Position numbers and translations under genes: made by a program. From Flectonema sp. DT1601 (taxonomy: Eukaryota), in contig OZ025791.1 of the NCBI GenBank assembly GCA_964019425.1, positions 124,001 to 188,000 of the forward strand: a stretch of DNA of 64,000 nucleotides, read 5' to 3'. This document shows, piece by piece, positions 46,862 to 58,729 of the stretch; position 1 is the first letter of the stretch; each line of letters starts with the position of its first letter. The notes below the pieces were generated by a model. It ran no database searches and was not told where the DNA came from. It saw only the letters and a list, made by a program, of their open reading frames with translations.

Positions 46862-49552
46862 TCAAACTGGTGGTAGTTTGTCTGGTCTACGAGTTGGTTT
46901 CTGAGGTGATTCCAGATTCCCTGATACGAGTTTACTCAGAAGGAAAGTATTGCTGATTTGTGATAACGCGGAAGGGTCCTCAGATAACTTCATCGTGTGA
47001 ATAGTATTCTGGAGAAGGTGAGGAGGTGTTTCTTTGTAAAGTTTCGAAGTGAGATCTGGTCGATCGGTGAATATTATTAAAAAATGTTCGATTGGTTTAC
47101 TCGGATGAGGAAATGAAACATTTCTAACATACTCAAGTACTTCCAGTCCCCATTCTGGATCGTTAATTTCCTTCGCGAAGTTTAATACGGAAATAACATG
47201 ACTTGCGTTCAATTGATTTATTTTAATTAACATTTCAATCATCTGTGAGATTGCATCAACATCTCCATCTTTTACACAACATCTCAATACCATTTCTTGT
47301 GAGTCTTCTTCAGGTGAATTCATTGACTGGATGACTTCAATGGCTTTCTGACTACTTGTGTTGCTAACGTTAGTCAAACATCGAAGTACTCCTTTCTTGT
47401 TTCGATCATTTAATTCCACTCCAGCAGCTATCATAGAATCGAATACTTTGACACCTTCTTCAGGGAATTGATGAACATAGAAAGCGATTAAAACTCTTTC
47501 GATTATTGCAACGTGTTGTTCACTACAAAGAAGTTCTTCAACTGGTTTGAAATCTCGGAAATGAGAACACACTTCGACTAGCGTCCGCATCGCACTGGTG
47601 TCAAGAAGTTCTTTACTGTTGAGTAGAATCTCTTTAGCAAGAAACTGTTCTCCGCATTTCAAAGCGGCTGAAGATGCGATGGTTCTGACAACAATGCTGT
47701 TGAGGATTTCTGATGGAGATTTCAAAAAGAGTTCATAAACAATACTAAACTGAATTTTATCATCACACTCTTCTAATAAAGCTGTAATCATGTACCCACT
47801 CTTACTATTTATTGGAGTGTCATTCCAAACTTGAACTGCTGAAGAGAAATTATTATCTCTCAGATGTCTTTTTATTAGAGATCGAGACAGTCTTGGAAAG
47901 TCTGTACAAGACACTAATTGATAATCGAAATCAACATCGATGTGAAACATTAAACTGATGTTTAGTATTTTAGAATACGTTTCTTCATTTCTCTCAATTC
48001 CCAAGGCGTCCATCTTGTGGAATAATCTGACTGCCGTGTGGCCATCGCTATTATCTCTCAGGACAGCTATCGATGCATTGAAAGACTCGGTACTGGGCCA
48101 GTCAATTATTAGTTGTAGGATTCTATTTTTAATTTCTGGTTTTATTAAAGTTGTTGTGTATGTTAATATCGATGATGCAATAGTTACATCATTCGGTGAT
48201 ATCCCTTGAGCTTCCATCATGTCAAGGATTTCGAATCCTTTGTGAGTCTTGGCAGTTGGTGGTGAATCCTTTTTCTTAATTAATTTCGATATCACATTAT
48301 TCCATTCGACTAAATCATTTCTGTTGGAGAGTTCATTAACTTCTACAGTCTCGCCGAGTCTTGATTGAAGTTGTCTCCGAAGTTGTCTCAAACTCGAAGA
48401 TGATAAATTCATTTCATCAGCTTCCTTACTAATGTCAAGGGCTGAGTAGATATCATCGTTTTGGATCGCCAGCTGCATTGCCATCGAGTAGTGCATCGGA
48501 ACTTTCATTTTAATTTCTCTGAAGAACTTCATCCCTCCATCCAGATCTCGAAGTGCAATATACGCTTTCATCACACATGAGAGAGCGTACTGACTTCGAT
48601 CAAAATGATAATTCGTAGCGTAACCAGCTGTCATCGACTGCGCGAGTTTGATAACTTGCTTGTATTGCTTCGCATCGTTAAACGTTGACAGCATCAACGA
48701 CGTCGCTCTCATGTAAGCATTTTGCGCGTATGCCATTCCCGCAGCATTCTCAACAGCAGGTACGGCTATTCTTCGAAACAATTTCAAAGCTGTTTGGTAA
48801 TCAGCTCTGGCACGACATTCGTGAAGTGGTGACAAGAAGTAAGCAGGTGATGGGCGGTTCAGACTATCTAGCAGATTATAAACTTTAATAAAATTATTAG
48901 AAACGGATATCATCTTATTAACAATTGTCGGGTCTGTTGGAGGGAAGACCGTCTCACTTCTGTTTACAATTAACCCTGCAGCCTTATAAAGGTTTGGACA
49001 AAATCGGAGAGAAGCACTACTCTGCGCATGCATCCAGAAGCAGTTTGAAAGGGAAGGCCTGCGGAGCTTTATCGCCAGTTGTATTGCAACAGCGTGCTGC
49101 TCACAGTGTCTACTCAGAGGATCTGTGAGAGTGAAATACTTGATTCCCAGTTGGTACTCAATCAGCTTATTTGCTGCACGCATTCCAAAGAGCATTACTC
49201 GAGAGCTCTGAACTACAAATCTTTTAGTTTCAGGATTCTCAAGCAGCTTATTTAGTAAAGTTATTATTTCCTTCCATTCACGATTAATAAAACAAGAGCT
49301 AAAGTAATAAAGTGATGTTCCAACGTATTGTTTAGCTTCAACATGATTAGAGGGTTGTGGCACTTCATAGAAGACTTCCTGACAAAAGTTAAAGTTCTTC
49401 TCAAATCCCATCAAGACGGGTTTGTAATAATCAACTGCTCTCTCTTTTTTAGAAATGTCATTAAAAAGTTGGCGGAGTTTTTTCACATTTGATGAATGTT
49501 GTGCCGAAGTTAATTGTCGTAATGTCTTCTGGTCACATCGCGGATACCTCAT
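46862..49552 (-). CDS. Pentatricopeptide-repeat (PPR)-like protein, 896 aa
   Basis: Helical repeats with PPR signatures: WNNVISKL..GFEILDMMEAQGISPNDVT, SFNASIAVL..AVRLFHKMDALGIERNEETYSKIL, EEGVKVFDSMIAAGVELN. Confidence 0.8.
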   Translation of the reverse strand: MRYPRCDQKTLRQLTSAQHSSNVKKLRQLFNDISKKERAVDYYKPVLMGFEKNFNFCQEVFYEVPQPSNHVEAKQYVGTSLYYFSSCFINREWKEIITLLNKLLENPETKRFVVQSSRVMLFGMRAANKLIEYQLGIKYFTLTDPLSRHCEQHAVAIQLAIKLRRPSLSNCFWMHAQSSASLRFCPNLYKAAGLIVNRSETVFPPTDPTIVNKMISVSNNFIKVYNLLDSLNRPSPAYFLSPLHECRARADYQTALKLFRRIAVPAVENAAGMAYAQNAYMRATSLMLSTFNDAKQYKQVIKLAQSMTAGYATNYHFDRSQYALSCVMKAYIALRDLDGGMKFFREIKMKVPMHYSMAMQLAIQNDDIYSALDISKEADEMNLSSSSLRQLRRQLQSRLGETVEVNELSNRNDLVEWNNVISKLIKKKDSPPTAKTHKGFEILDMMEAQGISPNDVTIASSILTYTTTLIKPEIKNRILQLIIDWPSTESFNASIAVLRDNSDGHTAVRLFHKMDALGIERNEETYSKILNISLMFHIDVDFDYQLVSCTDFPRLSRSLIKRHLRDNNFSSAVQVWNDTPINSKSGYMITALLEECDDKIQFSIVYELFLKSPSEILNSIVVRTIASSAALKCGEQFLAKEILLNSKELLDTSAMRTLVEVCSHFRDFKPVEELLCSEQHVAIIERVLIAFYVHQFPEEGVKVFDSMIAAGVELNDRNKKGVLRCLTNVSNTSSQKAIEVIQSMNSPEEDSQEMVLRCCVKDGDVDAISQMIEMLIKINQLNASHVISVLNFAKEINDPEWGLEVLEYVRNVSFPHPSKPIEHFLIIFTDRPDLTSKLYKETPPHLLQNTIHTMKLSEDPSALSQISNTFLLSKLVSGNLESPQKPTRRPDKLPPV

Positions 49553-51877
49553 CAGCCAACTTCTACATTTCTACTTTGCTGGTAAATAAATGAAATAAAA
49601 TATCAGAAACTATTTTATTCAAAGAGAATAGTTGACGGAAGTTAAACAGCGCGGTGTCAGACAAGTAACTAATGTTTGCTGTCGAGAGAATATTTAATAT
49701 CGGGTGTCGGTATTTCAGTAAACATTTTTTTTGCTAACTTATCGTGCAAAAAGTCACAAAACAAAAGGAAGAAACTCTTCTTCTAATGGGGAAGCTCAAC
49801 GCGTGCAGTCTCATTATAAAAATAAAATAAAATAAAATAAAAATAAAAAAATTCTTTTTGAAAACAAAAAACTAAATAAATAAAATAAAATTGGGACACA
49901 AAGGGTTACTACAGAAATCATGACAAAGGGACGGGTACGGGAGGAGGGAAGATCTGATGGTACTTTCCGTGCGTACGCACAATTGGGTAACAGTGACTGC
50001 TTCTGTTTCTGGAAAGCTACCCCTTCACTTATGGCTGCTAATAAACTGCAACAGAGACAGACCTCTCGTGATAATCACCAATATAATTAACCACAATAGT
50101 TTCCATGGCAAAAATAAAAAATTTAACTATTTTCAACTTATCATCCTGACGACTCAAAGCATTCCAATCCCACAAAAGGCTGCCAACTCGACGACTCGAA
50201 AACTCTCCTATCAAAAACAAAAGTAGGTTTTCTACATTAGATTTCAAGGCGTCTTATACGAGAGGAGTGACAGCTAAGATGTAAACTAACGGGAGGGAGT
50301 AAAGCAAGATGGTGCCTTTAACAGTAAATATATTAGAAAGTTTCTATCGCATCGTCTGTGCTATGCAACGATCTTATTATTTGATTACACAAACTGTTTA
50401 TTAAAAGAGGCGATAAGATAGTTGATTATTGTTGTTGACTATTCGGTTATTCCTTTTTAAGTAAAAATGATTACTTCGCGTGCGACAACTTATAAGAGTG
50501 ACGGGAATAAGATGAAAACGTAATTAGCTTTTTGTAAAACTGGGCAAGGAATAAATTGAGTGAACCAAGTGAACCCTCCGCGTTGAGTTGGATTATTCTC
50601 ACTTCTTTTTTAGGGATTTCCTCCCTCTTTTATAGCGTCGCTATTCAGTTTTTTCTTTCTGTAGCATCGACCAATTGAAAGAACCAACCCAGGACTTGGC
50701 TAAGTAAGGTAAGAAAGTAATATTACACGCGCGTCAAACTTTTTTTTGTTTCTGTTTCTGTTTTTTTTTTTTTTTTTTTTCACAATTACACAACACTGCG
50801 GAAATAGGCACTAAAAGACTGTTGCAGGGCAGGGAGGTTTCCCTTAACCCCACTAAGGGGAAGCTCTCCTAAGTTCGGTACAACGTCAAGACCAAAATGA
50901 GAAGAATGTTATAGGAACACGAACCCAATGACATATATTTCATAAATAGGTAACGAGTTGGTCATCGTTGCTGTGATTACCTAATAACAAGTACTTTGGG
51001 AGAATCAAGTCAGCCACTCCCTCACAGATAAATTGGTCTCATTATTATTGTTCTCTACTTTATAAGAGTCTAGTGCCCCTCCTTTAACTCATCGCAATAG
51101 AAAAACAGAGTACGAATACGAGTGTGCTGAGTCTACGAAAGACTTGTCGGGAAGGAGACTGTCCTCGAGTTACTAAAACAACTGAAAACACAAGTCTCAA
51201 GTCTGCAAGAAAACAGAATTGTTGAAAAACCTTCCGGAGAAGAGTCAGATTGGTGTTCACTGTTACGAAGCTTTATTAAAAAGAAGAAAAAATAAACAAA
51301 AACACTTTTAAGTTTTATTATTATCATTTTTATCTTCTTTAGGGAAGGGGGTGGGCAAGTCATTTGTTAAAAAAGTTTCTTTTTATTTTATTTTTCGTTT
51401 TCGACAGCTAAAAATATCAGAAACGATGATCCCCAAGAGTTTGGTTCCCTCTTGAGGTACAACCGCCATAAACAAAACACCTGCGATAACTAAAGTCTTA
51501 ATGTGGTAAACCAAAAAAAAAGACATTCCTATCACCAGAGAGAACTCGATTTCCTCTCTGGTCGGCAGCTTGCCCTTTTGTAGATTCCACACTACAAAAA
51601 TTCGGTCCCAAAAACATTCAAAAAGACAACAAAGGGAATGTGACTATTAATTTGGCTAGAGATTATTCGGCTTTTCCCCCAACAGGGAATATAACAAACA
51701 ACACTTATCTTCTGTTTCTTTATGGGAATTGGGGTGGGGTGGGGTACGGGGTCTTCCATATCTTTAGCACATCAGACAGCGCAGCATTCTCAGTACGGAG
51801 AGTTAATAACAAAAACAATAAAACTCTTTTTAAGAATACAGCGAAGGTAAGAGTGGTCAACTACAGTCTTAACAACC

Positions 51878-52833
<956 letters not shown>

Positions 52834-53041
52834 TCAACGTTCCTCTGTACAAGATGAGTACCAGTAGTAATAGGATGTTGTCAAGCTGACCGTAACGTTG
52901 TTTGAATACCTGTTTTAATAAATGAATACATCGTGCTAAATAACGTAATCTGGAATAGCTGTTGCGACGGCTTGCGGTTGCCTCACAGCTGGGAACAGCT
53001 GTAGGCCGAAGCCGAAATCGGTCTGACGCAAAGTGTAAATA

Positions 53042-53819
53042 TCAAGCGACAGGGACAGAGAGGGCTGTCGGAGCAATGCGAAAGCTCAGCTCCTCTTCCT
53101 CCTGCAGCCTTCTTTGTTTCGCTGCTTCTTCCAACTGCAGCTTATCGTAAGTGAGTATTTCTGGTTCCTTGTAGGTATCCCAAACAGTCTGTTTGTAAAT
53201 TTATAATTATCGCAGTAGATATCAACACAGAAAAGATAATTGAACAGCGACATACTACAGCATCAGGAAGCCACTTACCCATTCTGTACTTGCCGGCAGT
53301 ATTTTCTTTCAGGACGTCAAAGTCCGTCTTCCGCATCTCTTTCACTGTGAACTCTTCCCACAACTGACAACTTCCATCTGACTTCCTCGGTTTCACTTTT
53401 TGCTGCTTTTTTGCTGCCGGAATGGGGCTGAGAGCGCGCGCGTTAACCGCAAACCAAGTATTCCTAGTTTTATGAACTCGGCACAAACTCCCATCATATT
53501 CACATTGCAGTCCGCAAAAACGATTTTTCAAAGGTTTTAGAACTTTATCAGAAAGTGTTTGATGAACTATTCTCCCTCCTTTCTTACCGCGACTCCTTAC
53601 GAACTCCCTCCCATCAGGTGACTGCGCTCTGCGATACTTTTGAAGTCGTGAGAGACCAAGTAGGATGCGATCATCAGTAGCTCCAAGTATGTTGTCTCTA
53701 AGTCTCGACACAGTAAACGGCTTCCGAAAAGCAAAGTTGCTCAAATCTTCTTCCGGTTGAATCGCTGAACCCTCGGATCGTTCTCCACAGCGACTCAATG
53801 CCCTCGTCCGCTGCGTCAT
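53042..53819 (-). CDS. Hypothetical basic protein, 2 exons (53819-53256, 53188-53042), ~236 aa
   Basis: First in-frame ATG at 53819. Intron GTATGT..TTACAAACAG gives an open second exon ending in TGA at 53044-53042. No family recognised. Confidence 0.55.
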
Positions 53820-54295
53820 TCTCGAGCCAATGCAACCATCACGTGATCCAATGCGATTATCGTCGGGGGACGCAACCCCACTTCCTCGTATGGTCACCCT
53901 GACAACAGTCCCCTCGGCGCTAGCTGCGCAAGAGGTTAATTGATTCTGTTATTTCTGTTAGAAAAAAAAAACAATAACATTCAGATGCCCTCCGGCTTCA
54001 GATACACCACATGAGTCGCACTGCTCACCGTCAGGTTTGTGAGAGGTGCGCAAGGAAAGAATAGCAAGCAATTCACATCGATCATCACTCGCTAATATAG
54101 AGAGACTAAAAAAGATAACAGGAAAGTAAAACTAATAAAAGCGGTTGCCGCGTTCCTTACAGATTCTTTGCGTGCGTTCCGGAGCACTGACACTTTATCA
54201 AGTCGGAAAACTTATGTCATAAATTTAACAACATTGCTGCGTTGAGTCATAGAGTTGATTATTTCTCAACCGATGAACTCAACTAACTTTTCACT

Positions 54296-56404
54296 TCAGC
54301 CAGCAGTTGCTTTAAACTTGGCGACAAGTTCCTCAGCACTATCCCAACACTTCTGGTATCCCTTAACATTCTTTGAAAGTCTCTCCAGATAAGCTACGAT
54401 GTTTGGGAAGTCGTTCAACAAGTTCAACAACTTCAACTGGTCGACTTCCGGAGCGAACATGAAATCAGCGAGCGAGAGCTGATCTCCCAAAACGTAGTCC
54501 TGCTTTCCGAGGATGGCGTTGAATCTTTCCAACTCTGGCTGCACAGTCTTGATTCCAGCAGCAACCTTCTCCTCCTTGTCTTCCTTTCCAAACATACCGT
54601 GAAAGAACAGATCGATAGTCAGCTTTCGAACAACAGCTAAATGTCTACCGAAGTACTCATTCAGTTTCGTCTTGTCCTTCAGGTTCTTCGGAGCGAGTTC
54701 GTCACCTTCTGAGAGGAAGTTCAGAATGGCAGTGGACTCTGACAGGAAGAACTCGTCATCGACTTCGAGTGTTGGGACTTGTCCCTTCGGGTGTTTTGCA
54801 AGGTAGTCAGCAGACTTGTGCTCTCCTCCAAACACATCGACAAAGCGAACATCGACATCCTTCCCAGCGTAGTCGATGTACCACTGAAGTGATCTGCAAG
54901 GCTGTGAGAGTGCGTGTCCGTTGAGAACCAACTTCTCAGTCTTCTTTGCTGCAACAGCAGGCTGGGAGGCCTTGAACTTGGCGACAAGTTCCTCAGCACC
55001 ATCCCAACACTTCTGGTATCCCTTAACATTCTTTGAAAGTCTCTCCAGATAAGCTACGATGTTTGGGAAGTCGTTCAACAAGTTCAACAACTTCAACTGG
55101 TCGACTTCCGGAGCGAACATGAAATCAGCGAGCGAGAGCTGATCTCCCAAAACGTAGTCCTGTTTTCCGAGGATGGCGTTGAATCTTTCCAACTCTGGCT
55201 GCACAGTCTTGATTCCAGCAGCAACCTTCTCCTCCTTGTCTTCCTTTCCAAACATACCGTGAAAGAACAGATCGATAGTCAGCTTTCGAACAACAGCTAA
55301 ATGTCTACCGAAGTACTCATTCAGTTTCGTCTTGTCCTTCAGGTTCTTCGGAGCGAGTTCGTCACCTTCTGAGAGGAAGTTCAGAATGGCAGTAGACTCT
55401 GACAGGAAGAACTCGTCATCGACTTCGAGTGTTGGGACTTGTCCCTTCGGATGTTTTGCAAGGTAGTCAGCAGACTTGTGCTCTCCTCCAAACACATCGA
55501 CGAAGTGAACATCGACATCCTTCCCAGCGTAGTCGATGTACCACTGAAGTGATCTGCAAGGCTGTGAGAGTGCGTGTCCGTTGAGAACCAACTTCTCAGT
55601 CTTCTTTGCTGCAACAGCAGGCTGGGAGGTTGTGAACTTGGCGACAACTTCTTCGGCACCATCCCAACACTTCTGGTATCCCTTAACATTCTTTGAAAGT
55701 CTCTCCAGATAAGCTACGATGTTTGGGAAGTCGTTCAACAAGTTCAACAACTTCAACTGGTCGACTTCCGGAGCGAACATGAAATCAGCGAGCGAGAGCT
55801 GATCTCCCAAAACGTAGTTCTGCTTCCCGAGGATGGCGTTGAATCTTTCCAACTCTGGCTGCACAGTCTTGATTCCAGCAGCAACCTTCGCTTCTATGTT
55901 CTCCTTTCCAAACATACCGTGAAAGAAAAGTTCGACAGTCATCTTTCGAACAACAGCTAAATGTCTACCGAAGTATTCATTCAGTTTCGTCTTGTCCTTC
56001 AGGTTCTTCGGAGCGAGTGCGTCACCTTCTGAGAGGAAGTTCAGAATGGCAGTGGACTCTGACAGGAAGAACTCGTCATCGACTTCGAGTGTTGGGACTT
56101 GTCCCTTCGGATGTTTTGCAAGGTAGTCAGCAGACTTGTGCTCTCCTCCAAACACATCGACGAAGTGAACATCGACATCCTTCCCAGCGTAGTCGATGTA
56201 CCACTGAAGTGATCTGCAAGGCTGTGAGAGTGCGTGTCCGTTGAGAACAAGCTTTTCAGAGTTTTTTGTCTTAGTCTTTGTTTCAGCAGCCTTTGGGGCG
56301 GTCTTCGGTTGATCCTTCGTCTGCTCCTTTACTTGATTCCGACCTGGAGGAGTCTGAGCAGCAACTTGTTGTTGCTGCGTCTGCTTAGAAGATCCACAAC
56401 CCAT
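54296..56404 (-). CDS. N-acylated triple-domain glutathione S-transferase (theta-like), locus B, 702 aa
   Basis: MGCGSS start and three 220-aa GST units nearly identical to those of 23028-25112. Confidence 0.92.
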   Translation of the reverse strand: MGCGSSKQTQQQQVAAQTPPGRNQVKEQTKDQPKTAPKAAETKTKTKNSEKLVLNGHALSQPCRSLQWYIDYAGKDVDVHFVDVFGGEHKSADYLAKHPKGQVPTLEVDDEFFLSESTAILNFLSEGDALAPKNLKDKTKLNEYFGRHLAVVRKMTVELFFHGMFGKENIEAKVAAGIKTVQPELERFNAILGKQNYVLGDQLSLADFMFAPEVDQLKLLNLLNDFPNIVAYLERLSKNVKGYQKCWDGAEEVVAKFTTSQPAVAAKKTEKLVLNGHALSQPCRSLQWYIDYAGKDVDVHFVDVFGGEHKSADYLAKHPKGQVPTLEVDDEFFLSESTAILNFLSEGDELAPKNLKDKTKLNEYFGRHLAVVRKLTIDLFFHGMFGKEDKEEKVAAGIKTVQPELERFNAILGKQDYVLGDQLSLADFMFAPEVDQLKLLNLLNDFPNIVAYLERLSKNVKGYQKCWDGAEELVAKFKASQPAVAAKKTEKLVLNGHALSQPCRSLQWYIDYAGKDVDVRFVDVFGGEHKSADYLAKHPKGQVPTLEVDDEFFLSESTAILNFLSEGDELAPKNLKDKTKLNEYFGRHLAVVRKLTIDLFFHGMFGKEDKEEKVAAGIKTVQPELERFNAILGKQDYVLGDQLSLADFMFAPEVDQLKLLNLLNDFPNIVAYLERLSKNVKGYQKCWDSAEELVAKFKATAG
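54315..56250 (-). repeat. 3 x 660-bp tandem coding units (GST domains), locus B; also a dispersed repeat of 23031-24987
   Basis: Lines beginning 54361, 55021 and 55681 are identical to each other and match locus A sequence. Confidence 0.95.
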
Positions 56405-56624
56405 ATTTTAGTTTACCGAGAGCTATAAGGGGAAGTAATTTAGACCAAAGATTGCAAAAACAAATAATATTAGAAATAATACAAAATAATGTTTTCACAA
56501 TTTACAATGTGAAGGTCCGAAACAGGAGTTTGAGGAATCGATTTCTTAATAAGATACCATTTCAGTAATGTTATAATTATTAAAGTAAATTACAATATGA
56601 GATTACAATGTGATGTCTTTTATT

Positions 56625-57218
56625 TCAGAGCAAGTCAGCAAGTCTCTGACTGCCTTCTCTGTTTCTTTGATTCTGTCTGGGTGACAAAGAATAATAAAAT
56701 GGAAGTGGTTCATTACTTTCATTAGTCGTTTGATAAACAGGTTTATGAGTTTTAGGAACATTCCAAGCATTTACAGAACGCCCCTGACGATTGAAGACAC
56801 CAGGCTGTAAGGTTTCATTTCTTCTGGTGTAAGGGTTTAGATGTTTATTATGAAGTTCACTGTACATATTTATTGTACTGAATTCCATGTCATAGTTGTT
56901 TTGGTGGTTGCGCAGTTCGTGATTGATCGACTCGTCGGTTACGTATTTTCCTCCAATTGAAGTGACTTTAGTTCTGCCGTAGGCGGGAACGTCAGAACGC
57001 ATTCCAACGACTTCAGTTCCTGAGAGAGCCATTCCTAGACTGCCATCATCATGTCGATATACTCTGTGAGACTCAGATTTATTAGTTCCCTGATAAACAC
57101 CATACTTATCTGGTCTTACTCTTGGAGTCCTCTCTGAACTTTGTGAGTACCTCGTCTGAGGTACGGTGCTGTTGTACCCTCGCTGTCCAATACTTCCATT
57201 TCCGCTATGGAAAGACAT
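56625..57218 (-). CDS. Hypothetical protein with degenerate PDZ-like segment, ~197 aa
   Basis: ATG at 57218. VYRHDDGSLGMALSGTEVVGM..AYGRTKVTSIGGKYVT loosely follows the PDZ G-L-G-phi and I..I.G..V pattern. Confidence 0.55.
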   Translation of the reverse strand: MSFHSGNGSIGQRGYNSTVPQTRYSQSSERTPRVRPDKYGVYQGTNKSESHRVYRHDDGSLGMALSGTEVVGMRSDVPAYGRTKVTSIGGKYVTDESINHELRNHQNNYDMEFSTINMYSELHNKHLNPYTRRNETLQPGVFNRQGRSVNAWNVPKTHKPVYQTTNESNEPLPFYYSLSPRQNQRNREGSQRLADLL

Positions 57219-58695
57219 TTTATGTGTGGAACTGTTGAGAATTAATAATTTCATCTTAAAAACACTAATTAAATTATCTGATGTAACAGTACCGTCAAGG
57301 TGAAGGTCACCTGAAGGAAAACCGAAGCTTCCCAACTTTACTGTGCCATAGTGATTTCATCTCATATCTCAACTACCTCACAAAAAAGAAGCTTTCTGAC
57401 GCGCTTTGCTATTTTGACTATACCACCAGAAACTAAAAGGTGCCAAAAGCTAAAAAGATTCCGTCACACAGAAACCAATTGGACTAGAATGAAGTACTGA
57501 TTATTCTTTTTGTGTTGTCTTTTATAACATTCTTTCTTTAATTTCCCCCCTCTTTTCTCTCTTTTTTTTTTTTTTTTTTTTTTTTGTTTTTGCTGGTGTT
57601 TTTGTTACATTCCTTCCTTAGACTCTGCGTTGCAAGACGACAATAATTTATAAAGGAAAGACAAGAAGTTGAACGCTGACTGTAATATTGTACAGTAGTC
57701 ATGAAATAGGCTTGCTGCTTCTTCCCTTTCTGTATGTCCAGGGGAACGTACTGAAACAGAAGAGAAGTCCACTCTCGTTGTTGTATTTTTTCTGGTTAGC
57801 TAATTGGTTGAGAAGAGTGGTTTTCTCGAAATGGGAACTAATTCGTTTTTTCTTACCCCAAGAGGAAGATATATAAAATAAAACGAATTGAAAAAAAAAA
57901 CAAAATAGATAAGAGAAACAAAAAAAAGAAAAAGAAAAAAGGGGTGAAACAAAAGAAAAGAAAAAAAAAGTTTGAAAAGACATCAGACATCATTATTTTT
58001 TAATCATTTCCTCTTTCCCTCAGTACTTCGCCAGATAATCATTATTTTGTTTTTCTTCTTTTTTCTTTTTTTATTCTTTTCTTTTTTTTTTTTTAAAAAT
58101 TGAATGAAGAAACGAACCAATTTGTAGAAAATAGAAATAACAGATTTTTTTTTAATTTCTTTTTTTTTTTATATATTTGTATCCTTCCAGAGATCTGCTC
58201 ATCAGCACCAAACTAATAAAAAACACAACTCAAAAACATTCTTGAAGAGTGATCAAAAAAAATTAAAAAAAAAAGAGAAGACAGGAAAAATAAAATTTAA
58301 AAAAAAAAAAAAAAAACGCATAACAAAAACACTAGAGGAGTTGCCAACTAGCTTCGAGGGGGGTCTATAAAATACGCAGCTATGTGTTCATTTTTAGTAG
58401 GTGACTATAATCACTGGGGTGTATTGTTTGTACAGTTTGAGTCTCGGTAGTAGTCCTAATATTAAAATATCAACTCTAAGGTCGATGAGATTCAATACAA
58501 AAGGCCAACGGGATCACCATCGGTCCTGCGAAGACTGAATACGAGACTACCTCAGTAGCAAAGAAGCTATATATTATTTAGAATGGAGGCAGCTAGGGTG
58601 GGTTTTTTTTTTTTTTTTTTCCACAAGTAATTCACCGCTACCCCAGTTATTAATAAATATGTAATTATATCAAGCAAAGCCTTATTTATTAAAAG

Positions 58696-58729
<34 letters not shown>

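Noticed and set aside
18160..50870. Isolated hairpins in non-coding DNA (18160-18189, 29755-29774, 42597-42614, ~50831-50870)
   Set aside because: They share no sequence or position, and stems of 7-10 bp are expected by chance in 64 kb; bacterial-type terminators are not relevant here.
53980..54090. Minus-strand GTGATGA..CTGA..CTGA resembling a box C/D snoRNA
   Set aside because: No terminal stem and no rRNA-complementary guide that I could recognise; these motifs are short enough to occur by chance.
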